A stretch of 63,621 nucleotides of DNA, counting the filler, from Octopus bimaculoides (taxonomy: Eukaryota): the NCBI RefSeq assembly GCF_001194135.2. It is 7 parts of 6 records of this genome, joined end to end, with 100 filler letters (N's around TTAATTAATTAA, not from the genome) between each part and the next. Parts side by side here need not be neighbours in the genome. Positions count along the whole stretch, not along the records: positions 25,920 to 40,489 come from NC_069009.1; 6 more parts are not named here. The stretch is one strand, 5' to 3'. Positions 26,114-36,720 of this stretch are shown here, piece by piece. Position 1 is the stretch's first letter. The number at the start of each line of letters is the position of its first letter. The translations under genes and the position numbers were made by a program. The notes below the pieces were generated by a model. It was not told where the DNA came from. It ran no database searches and saw only the letters and a list, made by a program, of their open reading frames with translations.

Positions 26114-26402
26114 ATATAACGGAACGCTGAACTCCAGACTATCAACTTAAACAACATTTATTCAGGTGGTAAATATAAACATCTTTAGCTCTTGTTTGTT
26201 GTTACAGCTTCTGTGTGTGTGAGCATGGTTGTTTGGGACGTTGGTATGTAGATGTAAGCGAGCTGTCGAGCGTAAGTTCGAAAGATGGAGAGAGAGACAG
26301 CTAAACACGTCCATGCTCAATTGGTGGCCAGCAAGAAAGAGACAGAATAGAAGCAGGAACGCTTGGTTGCTGAATTCCACGCATGCGCACAGCGTTACAA
26401 CA
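26112..26402 (-). mobile_element. Solo LTR (Gypsy-like), 291 bp
   Basis: Minus strand starts TGTTGTAACG and ends CGTTATATCA (imperfect terminal inverted repeat), with AATAAA near the 3' end; partly homologous to 29720-29900. No TSD found. Confidence 0.65.
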
Positions 26403-26634
26403 CTGGCATTTCTTACGAGATATTCACAGGGCGACAATTATGAAAAGGATGACTGCAAGGTAAGGGCAGACTCCAGCAGTGGTGGATGTGCTGGTTCCAG
26501 CTTTCTCATCTGCAAAAGAGGAACAAGAAAACATATAACTTTTGTTTTTAATAAAAGATAGTAATATCAACCAGGCTGAACCATTTTGGTACCAACCTGC
26601 TCAAAACTACTTTCGTTTCTATTGTACAAATTCC

Positions 26635-27020
26635 GGATCTTTTTTAAAACGGGGGCCACATTTTTCATTAATGTTTTACGTAGTGTNNNNNNNNNNTCTC
26701 CATACCTTCGTTTTATTTGCTTTTTTCATTTTAAATTTGCTTTAACCCTAACCCTAACCCTAACGTTAGGGTTAGGGTTAATTGTTTCAGAATCGTTTGT
26801 TTATGTAGTCGGCGCTTAATGTATATCGGCTGAATGGACATCAGTGATTGGTTGAAATTACAGAAATACGACAACTTTAACATGGAATAATTTATGGATT
26901 TCTTTTTTTTTTAAGAAGACTAAGAGAAAAAGATGTTTTATATGACACATTCTACTAGTGTTCCAAGTTTCAAAGTGTTTCGTTAATGAAAAATGTGGCC
27001 CCCGTTTTAAAAAAGATACC
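26635..27020. mobile_element. MITE with ~35-bp TIRs containing a telomere-motif palindrome
   Basis: ATCTTTTTTAAAACGGGGGCCACATTTTTCATTAA (26637-26671) vs TTAATGAAAAATGTGGCCCCCGTTTTAAAAAAGAT (26983-27017). Confidence 0.85.
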
Positions 27021-28610
27021 TACTATGTCTAACTGATTAAATGGGCCCCCTTCAGATCAGTCCATCATTTAGAAAGGTTATGTAGCATTAACAAAGGGGA
27101 CTGACTTTTTTAACACAAAAATGGATGGTCAACAGATCAGTCCATCATTTACCAGGGGCAGCATATACATTTACCCATTATTTAAACAATTAATTTCCTC
27201 GTTATTCAAATAGAAACTGAAACTTTTTTATTTATTAAATTAGTTGCAAACTCTGTATAAGGCTTCCTAACATTCTTGTGTAATTAAATTTGGTGGCTCA
27301 AACAAAATGTTAACAAACTACAGCATTGATAATGACTGGTATAACGAATTGTGAGGTGATAAAACAGTTGAGAAAATATTAAGGGCTATGGTGAAAGCAA
27401 AAGGGTGGTCATTTTAAATTGTAAATATATATATGTAAAATATTGTCAATAAATATAGCAGTCATCCTAAGAAACTAGAAAATGACAAATCCTTTCTATA
27501 ACAATAGTCCAATAGACAGATGATCCTCAAGAATGAAGCTAACTAATCCATTCAGTCAACTATAAATATATCCCACCAAGGGTTATTATGAAAAATTCTA
27601 AACAGAAAAAGAAAAAACTAATTCAGAAGAAATTTTTGAAATTGTTAGGTTACAAACTGTGATTTTGCTTAAAAAAAACTACACTGTTGTAGGCACCTCC
27701 AATACAACAACAGCAAAAGCAACAGCAAAGCCAGGTGACTACTATAGGTGCAAAAAAAGCAACATCTATCACAGCAGCAACAGTGGAAACAACAGCAGTA
27801 AACAGAACACCAACATCTATGGTTTCTACACAACAAACAGCAGCAAAAATAACATCAAAACAACAACATTATCAATAGAACAACAGCAGGATCTTTGGGG
27901 TTTGACGGGCAACACTTGTTTTCTTAACGAAACACTTTCAAAATTGGGACACTGGTAGAATGTGTCATATAAAACAACTTCGGTTCAGATTACATATAGT
28001 CGATCTGGACCACATGTGCAAGTATACCGAATTGTTTTACTTACCTATTATTGTCTTCAGCTCCGGTCCTCTAGTATTCTTACTTTTTGGTCCGTAGATC
28101 CTAACACGACAGCTTTCTTCGTTGAATGCAGAGTAAAATCTAAGTAAAAGTGAGGCTGAGAAATGATTATAGAGGGGCTGGTAACTAATAAGAGGGAGAA
28201 GATTGCTGTCTTATATGTCATCAGCAGCTATGGGAGATAACGGTGTGTAGGCTATCCACATGCTAGAAATAACAGCCAAATCTCACAAAATTGCGATAAC
28301 GAACACCTGTTAGACTGGGGTTTTTTTTCGTTTTAGCGACTGGGCGTTGGCGTGATCCTTTTACTGATTCACGATAACGTATACAGAAACAAACAAAACA
28401 ACCGCTCGTTTTAGCTTTTAGACAGCAGGGTGGCGCGGAGGTGGGGGATTTTGAGTCGGAGTTTTTCATAAAAACAAAAAAAAAAAAATGGAAAAAAACA
28501 AGCTTGTTGGGTGTTAACGACTGTGTAGAAAACGGATATGACAAAAAAAGAATTTTGATATCAGAATCATTTGTTGTATATATGTATGCTTGTTTGTGTG
28601 TATGTATATA

Positions 28611-29135
28611 TGGGCCACACAAAGGTAAATTGGCTGAGTTCCTTTCAAGCGTTGGGCTCCATGAAGGTAAAGTGGCTGAGTTCCTTTTGAGCATTGGGCC
28701 CCACGAAGGCAAAGTGGCTGAGTTCTTTGTGAGCATTGGGCCTGACAGAGGCAAAGTGGCTGAGTTCCTTTCAAGTGTTGGGCCTCATGGAGGCAATGGC
28801 NNNNNNNNNNNNNNNNNNNNNNNNNNNNNNNNNNNNNNNNNNNNNNNNNNNNNNNNNNNNNNNNNNNNNNNNNNNNNNNNNNNNNNNNNNNNNNNNNNNN
28901 NNNNNNNNNNNNNNNNNNNNNNNNNNNNNNNNNNNNNNNNNNNNNNCCACGAAGGCAAAGTGGCTGAGTTCTTTGTGAGCATTGGGCCTGACAGAGGCAA
29001 AGTGGCTGAGTTCCTTTTGAGCATTGGGCCCCACGAAGGCAAAGTGGCTGAGTTCTTTGTGAGCATTGGGCCTGACAGAGGCAAAGTGGCTGAGTTCCTT
29101 TCAAGTGTTGGGCCTCATGGAGGCAATGGCCAAGA
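28611..29135 (+). repeat. 42-bp minisatellite at the 5' side of a family D element; at least 8 units visible, 146-N gap inside
   Basis: Unit ~CACGAAGGCAAAGTGGCTGAGTTCCTTTTGAGCATTGGGCCC, translating as HEGKVAEFLLSIGP. Confidence 0.95.
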
Positions 29136-29383
29136 CGTTTGCCATTATGTCATACTTGACAAGATGACACATCAAGCCAAGCAAAATTGCAGCCATGGTG
29201 TTGTGCAAATGGCACCCATGCCAGTGGTACATAAAAGCAGCCATTACACTCTCAGAGTAGTTGGCGTTAGGAAGGACATCCAACCATAGAAAATCATGCC
29301 AAACCAGACTGGATCCTGGTGCAGAGTCCCTGCTTACCAGCCCTGGTCAAACCGTCCAGCCCATGCCAACATGGACAACAGCT

Positions 29384-29997
29384 TGTAAGAAATATCTTCT
29401 TTATTCAACCTTTAGGTTAAATAACTAATTCCTCACATCAAACTTTAAGCAAAAATTTAAGAACGGATAACGCAGTCTCTAAACCAGAAACATCATCATC
29501 ATCATCATCGTTTAACGTCCGCCTTCCATGCTAGCATGGGTTGGACGATTTGACTGAGGACTGGTGAAACCAGATGGCTACACCAGGCTCCAATCTGATT
29601 TGGCAGAGTTTCTACAGCTGGATGCCCTTCCTAACGCCAACCACTCAGAGAGTGTAGTGGGTGCTTTTACGTGTCACCCAATATTTATTCATGGAGGAAA
29701 ATAGGTATGGTTGCTGAGACGCCGGAATGTTGTTGTGAGCTGTCTCCAGAGTTGGAATGTTGGAGAGACAGTTTGATATACGACCACGCTCATGTGAGAG
29801 AGCTCTGTTGGACCTGTGTTACTTCTTCGCCGGCCAGTGAGAAAAGGAGAATGAAAAGAGCGGGAACGTTTAGATGTTGAATTCCACGCATGCGCATGGG
29901 ACTCTTCCTGTGTTCCTTCCGGAACTATTCCCTGCGCATGCGTGGATGAAAACGCAGTAATGGCGACTGTATTTTGGCGCCAAATGACGTCACTACA
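29384..29997 (-). mobile_element. Solo LTR (Gypsy-like) with 4-bp TSD AGCT, interrupted by a family D copy
   Basis: Minus strand TGTAGTGACG...AATAAAGAAGATATTTCTTACA; AGCT at 29380-29383 and 29998-30001. Confidence 0.8.
29490..29680 (-). mobile_element. Young family D copy inserted in the LTR
   Basis: Near-identical reverse complement of 25920-26113, CpGs retained. Confidence 0.9.
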
Positions 29998-30149
29998 AGC
30001 TGTTAAATGATGAAGATGATGAATGAGTGTCTTATTAGAAATTCCATTCTTGTTTAGCACTGACCACAAAGCATTGTGATTGACGGAGTGAAGAGCCTTG
30101 TTTGTTAAGTGCAGAAAGTCATCATCATTGTAGAAATAGTAATATGGGG

Positions 30150-30970
30150 AGAATGTGGCACTGCATCTGCCATTTGTTGGTAATTCCCTACTCCTAGAAG
30201 ACGACCCCTTTGCACCACTCAGGAGACAACCCCACAACCCATGGGTCTGTTTTGGGTAGTTGTTTTTGGCTACGAGATGCAGAGGCAAAATTGTATAATA
30301 TTAGATATGTAACCTTCACTGTACTTATCCAGATATTCTTTTACTTGTTTTAGATGTTTGACTGGAGCACTGCCTTATATAGTAATTAATGAATTACAGT
30401 TTGATTAATTAATTGTATAATGCAGTATGGGGACATGCGCTGTAACAATACATTGCTGCATCCACCATTTGTTGGTAATTCCCTACTTGTCCTGGTGAAT
30501 GACCCCTTTGTACCACTCAGGTGACAACCCTCCAATCCATGGGTCTGTCTAGATAATCGTTGCTGATGAGAGTTTTACAAGGCTGGAGTGCAACTTTTAC
30601 CTCAACCTCTTTTAGTTACCTCTTTATGACATACAGAAGAAAATTGTATAATATAATTAGTATTAAATGTGTAATCTTCACTGTAATTACCCAGGTATGG
30701 TAATTAATGAATTACAATTTGATTAATTAATTGTATAACGTCATAGCAGTTGTATAGAAGCATGCACTAAAACAGCACATTGCTGCATCCACCATCTGTT
30801 GGTGATTCTCTACTCCTAGCAGGTGAACCCTTTGCAACATTTGGGGGACAACCCTCCAACCCAGGGGTCTGTTTGGGGTAGTTATTGTTGGTGGGGGGTT
30901 TTACACGGTTGAAGTACAAATTCTACCTCAAACTCATTTAGTCCTCTTTTACAACATGCAGAGGAAATGT
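30150..30970. repeat. Three degenerate tandem copies of a ~300-330-bp unit
   Basis: (G/A)CTGCATC(T/C)(G/A)CCAT(T/C)TGTTGGT(A/G)ATT recurs at ~30150, ~30455 and ~30782, each followed by homologous sequence. Confidence 0.85.
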
Positions 30971-31062
30971 TGGTCTATTCTTTGGCATTCCAGTCCCCAC
31001 AAAACAAACTGAAGTTGTTCAACTAAAAGTATACATCTCTGGTTTATCAATAGGGAAGCTAC

Positions 31063-31530
31063 ATGGCTTAGTGGTTAGGGAATTGGACTCACAATCATAA
31101 GGTTATAGGTTCAATATCCAGTGGCATATTGTGTCCCTCGACTAAGACACTTTGTTTTTTGTTGCTCCAGTTCACTCAGTTGGCAGAAGTGAGTTGTACC
31201 TGTAATTCAAAAGGGCCAGCCTTGTCATATTCTGTGTCCTGCTGAACCTCTCAGAGAACTACGTTGTCCCCTTAGATTTCAGGTTTCTTTTCTCAAATGT
31301 AATGCTTATTTATTCACATTGTTTTGAATTATGCATTATTTTGTAGCTTCAAGATTGCAATGGTGTGTTTGTATATTTTTAGGATGACATTGTAGGATAG
31401 GTGTGAGAGGTTGGATCTGGTCAGTTTAAACATAAAACAGGTATTTGGGCCACATATGGCCAGACTAAATGTTAAAGGATAAGGGTACATGTGTTTGTGG
31501 AATGCTTAGCCACTTGCACATTAATTTCAT
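31063..31530 (+). mobile_element. SINE family C split by a piggyBac-type MITE (31268-31479)
   Basis: The family sequence CTACGTTAAGGGTAC is broken at its TTAA: CTACGTT..[MITE]..TAAGGGTAC. Confidence 0.8.
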
Positions 31531-31679
31531 GAGCCAGCCATTCCATTAATAGAATCAAATGGGACACATCTTTGTAACCAACGCAGTGTCCAGCTATTGT
31601 TTATCATTATACAAAGATTGAAAATTAATTTTCTTTCTAAGTATCCTTTATAGTTTATACTGTTTCTTTGATGTTTCAG

Positions 31680-32024
31680 ATTACTGGATGACATTGGAAT
31701 TAAAGAAAGTCTTTTGTAGATGGAAAATATCTGTTCCAGTGAATGGAGAAAAATTATAGAAAGTGGATTGTGTAAGAAAAAGCCTGTATGAAACTCGAAT
31801 GGTAAAAAGGTTGATTTTACTGATGAAATTCCAAAGGATACAGGAAAAGCATATTTTACCACTGTGACATCTTTAAAAAAAAATCCTTCTCTCAAAAAGG
31901 TAACCTCACTACTCAGAAATGTATTCAAACAGAAGAGAAGCCATATTACTATGAAATCCGTGGTAAATCTTTCTCTTGTAGAAGTAACTTAACTGCACAC
32001 AAATGTATTCATTCAGAAAAGTAA
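31680..32024 (+). pseudogene. Degenerate C2H2 zinc-finger exon (octopus-type ZNF expansion)
   Basis: Acceptor TTTCAG at 31674-31679; ATG 31720 MENICS..; premature TGA 31789-31791; KVDFTDEIPKDTGK, then a frameshift to YHCDIFKKKSFSQKGNLTTQKCIQTEEKPYYYEIRGKSFSCRSNLTAHKCIHSEK* (stop 32022-32024). Two fingers with Cys/His ligands partly lost. Confidence 0.85.
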
Positions 32025-32114
32025 CTGAATTCATGTCAAAATTTAGGTTTCGGTAAATTGTTTTTATTTTTCTCATTAATAGAACTAATAATTTTATGAA
32101 TATAATTCCCAGTG

Positions 32115-32270
32115 GGCATGGCTATGGGGCTAAAAAGTTGTATCATAACCACAAGGTTTCAGGTTTGATCCTGTTATGCAGTATGTTGGGTAAGTGTCAT
32201 TTCCTTCAACCTTGGGTCAATCCATACCTTGAAGGTAAAACTGAGTAGATGGAAACTGTATCAAAGCTTA
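32115..32270 (+). mobile_element. Old, CpG-decayed SINE family B head
   Basis: GGGCATGGCTATGGGGCTAAAAAGTT..CCACAAGGTTTCAGGTTTGATCC..TTGGGTAAGTGTC. Confidence 0.6.
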
Positions 32271-32392
32271 TCAGAAGAATTGTACTTATGAAGTGGTCAA
32301 CAAAAGATTCAATTTTGATTGACTGAAATTAGGCTCATATAATTGCTTATCTCTTTTTGCCTTCACTCTTTCACTCTGTAATATCTAATATA

Positions 32393-33152
32393 CATTAAAT
32401 CCTTGATATAGATATACAAGTTAATTTGTTCCCAGAGACTCCTTGTAAAGTGAAAACTCATAAAGCAGAGCGATAATTTCCCAAAGTAGCAATGTTATAA
32501 ATCGTAATTCGTTCCCAGAAAAATATTTTACCTCTAAAATTTTTAATACTCGTAAATAAATGGCAATAAAACAACAGTAGAATGTAAAGAATATTGTAAA
32601 AGGAATGTTGAGATCATTTATGATGATTTCAAGAATTTTCCCACAAGGGCTGCTTGTGGGAGGGGAATAAGTTGATTACATCAACCCAAGTGCATAACTG
32701 GTACTTATTTAATTGACCTCGAACGAATGAAAGGCAAAGTTGACCTCAGTGGAATTTGAACTCAGAACGTAGCAGCAAACAAAGTACCAAGTATTTCACT
32801 TGGCATGCTAACAATTCTGCCAGCTCACTGCCTTGAGATCATCATCATAATCATTTAACATCCATTTTCCATGCTGGCATGGGTTGGACGGTTTGACTGA
32901 GGATTGGCAAGCCAGATGGCTGCACCAGGCTCCAATCTGATCTGGCAATGTTTCTACAGCTGGATGCCCTTCCTAACGCTAACCACTCCGAAAGTGTAGT
33001 GGGTGCATTTACATGCCACTGGCACATTTATAATAAAAATATTATCATTATAATCGTTTTCTAAATCACTTTCACTCACACTAGACTTACGCACACAAAC
33101 TCATAAACCCGGGGTCTGGTAAAACGGGGCCTTGTAAAGTGAGATATTACTG
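32393..33152. mobile_element. Tigger-like MITE copy 2 with nested SINE A (~32650-32835, -) and family D (~32838-33022, -)
   Basis: Body collinear with 12737-13316 on both sides of the insertions; right end GAGATATTACTG. Confidence 0.8.
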
Positions 33153-33369
33153 TCCAAACTTCTGCTAGGTCCACTTCCTTTCTTTCATTAATCCTGTGGA
33201 TTTTGTATTAATAACATCCCTTTGTGAACATCACATTGGATTATTGCAAACAGACTGAAAGAGGTATGTGAAACAGTTAAAGGGCTGTTCAGGCTCCAGT
33301 TATCTGTTTTAGCATCAGTATGGCAACAAAAAATATGAGTGTTTGTTGATGGAATTGCTTGTAGCAAAC

Positions 33370-33810
33370 TAGCTTATCTTTTTAAAAAGACATTAAAGAA
33401 GATAAATCTATGGATTAAAGTAGTAGAAAGGCCATGAACCCCTATAAAATCCCCGATCTGTAGAGCATATCCTTTCAATACATCCCCATTTATGGAGTAT
33501 TTTAGATAAACCCATAGGTTAACTGTACGATGTAATGAGGGACAGTGCAAAAACAAGACAACAATTTACATTGGAGAGATGACATGTAGCATAGAGGAGT
33601 GGATAAACAAACACTGGTGCGAGTTCAAAGAGGAGAAAAGATCATCTGTGCTCTACCAACACACTAAATTAAAGCATAGAGGCTTGGTTAATGATATAGA
33701 GGTTAAGGTATTATCAACACACAGAACAGATATGACATTTAAGCAGATTACGGAGGCCACAGACATTGTAATAGACAAACTGAGCCTCAACAGAATACAT
33801 GAATAGAACA
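33370..33810 (+). mobile_element. Penelope-like element, GIY-YIG endonuclease remnant
   Basis: ..CNEGQCKNKTTIYIGEMTCSIEEWINKH..SSVLYQH..KVL..KQITEA..LSLN, matching the PLE YIGET..H..H..KQI.EA..LN pattern. Confidence 0.75.
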
Positions 33811-34334
33811 AAAACATCCACCATCACCACATGACATAACATGATAATCAAAGACGGGGGGGGGGGAAGACATTGTTACAAACAATATAAACCCATGTAT
33901 ACCCATACAAAAGACACACATGCACATATGCACATGCACACACACAGATACAGATGCAAATGCATGTGTGACAAAAGATTTCCAGACAAAGGACATGAGA
34001 TAAAACAAGAACAATAATAAACAAATGAAGAACGAATATATAGTGCATGTGTTTATTTGGCAAGAACAATAAAGTAGCCATCCCAAAATATAACACCATT
34101 TGTTTCAACACACGATTTCACATCCAAAATCTTGCAAAACAAATTCATAAACATACATGTGTATGTGTGCGTGTAGGAGGTACATTGATGTACATGTAGA
34201 AAAATACGTAGAATATCTCTTATTAGTAATTCTTCAGATTGGATAAAATAACCCTATATGCACACATGCATAATTTTTTATTGTAGGTTAACAAGCACTT
34301 TGATAGGACAAACTTTATACTTACACACACACAG

Positions 34335-34545
34335 GTGAGCCAGCAAATATCTGGCATTACCATAGGAATGTAAATGGGCCACAACTTTGCCAACTTGTTG
34401 TTTATGTTGAGGCCCAAATCTTCTCACAGTTCTCCAAACCGCCCTCAGAGCTATACGGTTGGTATACAGACAATCTCATTGGCACTACTTCCCTCTCATG
34501 AGCCACTCACCAGCTTCATATCTTTTGTCTCCAATTTTTATTCTT
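34335..34545 (+). mobile_element. Penelope-like reverse transcriptase fragment
   Basis: QISGITIGM*MGHNFANL..LYGWYTDNLIGTTS..LTSFISFVSNF, a degenerate GxxMG..ANL and RYxDD region. Confidence 0.65.
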
Positions 34546-34802
34546 CACATGGGTTCACTTCTATCATCTCCAACTTTTGTGTGTCTGTATGTGTGATGCA
34601 AAAATAATCCCTTCCCTAAATAAAAATATTCTGCCTGTGTATATAACTTTTTTTTTACTATGTATAACCTATTCTTTATGTAAAAGCTGTGATTCTGTGA
34701 CTTCTAAATATCATAAAATTTTGTAGAAATAAAAATAAATTTATAAATAAAAATTCACCAGCTTTTTGTCTTTATTCCTTTTTTTTCTTTGTATTATTAT
34801 AA

Positions 34803-35502
34803 AGGCAGCAAATTAGCAGAATCATTAGCATGTTGTGCAAAATGCTTAGCATCATTTCATCTGCCTTTATGTTCTGAATTTAAATTCCACCATGGTCGAC
34901 TCTGTCTTTCATCCTTTTGGGGTCAATAACACAAGCACCAGTTGAGTACTGCGGTCGACATAATCGACTGGCCCCTCCCCAAATTTCAGGCCTTGTGCCT
35001 TTAGTGGAAAGGATTAAGGTGGGGAGCTGGCAGTATCATTAGTATGCTGGGCAAAATGCTTAGCGTGATTTCGTCCATCTTTATGTTCTGAGTTCAAATT
35101 CTGCTGAGGTTGACTTTGCCTTTCATCCTTCTGGGGTCAACAAAGTATGTACCAGTTGAGCACCGTGGCCAATGTAATCGACTAGCCCTCTCCCCCAAAA
35201 TTTCAGAAGGACTTAGGGACATCTTGATGGAAAATAGCTTCATGTAGGTTCATCAGGTGGTTGCTGTTGACTATGGTAATGTTATTAGTATTAAGACAGA
35301 AAGTAGCAAACTGGCTGAATCATTAACATGCCAGGGAAAACGCTTCACGGTATTTCATCTATCTTTAGGTTCTGAGTTCAAATACCACTGCAGCCTACTT
35401 TGCCTTTTATCCTTTTGGCATTGATAAAGTAATTACCAGTCAAATACTGCAGTCGATTACATCAACTCAAAATTTCAGGCTTTGCGCCTTTAGTGGAAAG
35501 GA
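34803..35502 (+). mobile_element. Three CpG-decayed SINE family A2 copies (~34803-35015, 35018-35205, 35305-35502)
   Basis: Head, core and A2 tail are recognisable, with systematic CG to TG/CA changes. Confidence 0.85.
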
Positions 35503-35789
35503 TTGTATTTACAATATCCTTTCCTAAACTGTAATGAAATACGTGTAATGTGGAATAAAAAATATACCAAATTTTCCAGTCTTTGTTTTAATATTATTTT
35601 TTGGGGTGATATTTTTCAATTTACCAGGAGTTGGACAGAGTTGAAGGAACAAACTGACAGAACTGAAAGGGTTTCTGAATGTATTAAATTATATTAGGGT
35701 CTTTTAACTTATGACACCAGTACGTATTCAGACCAGGGAAACTTGTGAAATGACATCACCTGCTTAATTAGGTTTCTAATTAGTTCAAC

Positions 35790-36606
35790 AAATTTAACTA
35801 TATCGTAGATATTCCTTTGTTACTGAGACAGATGCTTTCTTGTTTTCATGTTTTGAGACAAGTTTTAACATCCAGTCCTCAGAGTTCAGGTAGGTGTCTA
35901 GGCCAATTGTGGCAATCTTCATTGTTAATGCCAGTTGTAAAAGTCCATGCCTCCCTTCTTTTCTTGGCAGATGAAGTTGTTCTATATCTGCCTTAGGGTG
36001 GTGCATTTTATGCATTGTCAACAGTTTTCGTATTTTTCTGTCAAGATTACATATTTCAGTAATTGACCAGTTAATGATATTGAAACTGTAAGTCACAACT
36101 GGTATGGCTGGAGCATTGATCGCTTCGATCCTGTTTCTTGCATTCAACTCTGTCTTAAGTATTGCTCTCACCCTGCGATAACATTCTCTTCTGATCTTTT
36201 CCCTCATCACTGAATGCCTGATTCCGTCCCCTTCAAGTACCCCTAGGTATTTGTAGCTCTCCACTGGTTGTAACTCTTTTATGACATTCTGCTGGTCAAG
36301 GTCACATTAGCTGTTTCTGTCATTTTTCCTTTGATAAAAGTAGCTTTTACACATTTATCGAGGCCAAATTGCATTCTGATGTCATCACTGAATTGTTTAA
36401 CAATCGCTAGTAGGCCTTTTTTTGCAAAGAGCTTTAAATCATCCATGTAAATGAGATGATTTATATCTTTATCAAATATTTTATAACTGTACTGTGCATC
36501 ATTGAGCAATTTTGAGAGAGGTATTAAGGCTAGACAGAAGAGGAGTGGTGATAGTGAGTCACCCTGGAAAAAAACCACATGAAATTTTCACATTCCAGTA
36601 TTTAGA
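35790..36606 (-). mobile_element. R4/Dong-clade LINE reverse transcriptase fragment
   Basis: FQGDSLSPLLFCLALIPL, HLIYMDDLKL, FGLDKC, YKYLGVLE, AIPVVTYSF..W, DRKIRKLL..HHPKADIEQLHLPRKEG. Confidence 0.9.
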
Positions 36607-36687
36607 GATTATTATTATTATTATTATTATTACTATTATTTGGTTTGATTCAGGTTCGGTCTTCTTCTTCTTCTTCTTCTTCTTCTT

Positions 36688-36720
<33 letters not shown>

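Larger units (their letters stand above)
29135..30025 (+). mobile_element. Family D element body (29135-29383), with its tail resuming after the LTR (29998-30025)
   Basis: ..CCATGCCAACATGGACAACAGCT [LTR] AGCTGTTAAATGATGAAGATGATG. Confidence 0.8.

Noticed and set aside
26742-26781. Ancient telomere-telomere fusion site
   Set aside because: A fusion gives (TTAGGG)n then (CCCTAA)n. This is the opposite order, very short, and inside a MITE.
28611-29135. 42-bp array as a CRISPR-like repeat-spacer system
   Set aside because: Whole units are homologous, there are no unique spacers or cas genes, and the unit derives from an RTE ORF.
28700-29135. Same array end (..CATGGAGGCAATGGC) on both sides of the 146-N gap as a real duplication
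   Set aside because: It may be overlapping contig ends or two haplotypes; it cannot be trusted without long reads.
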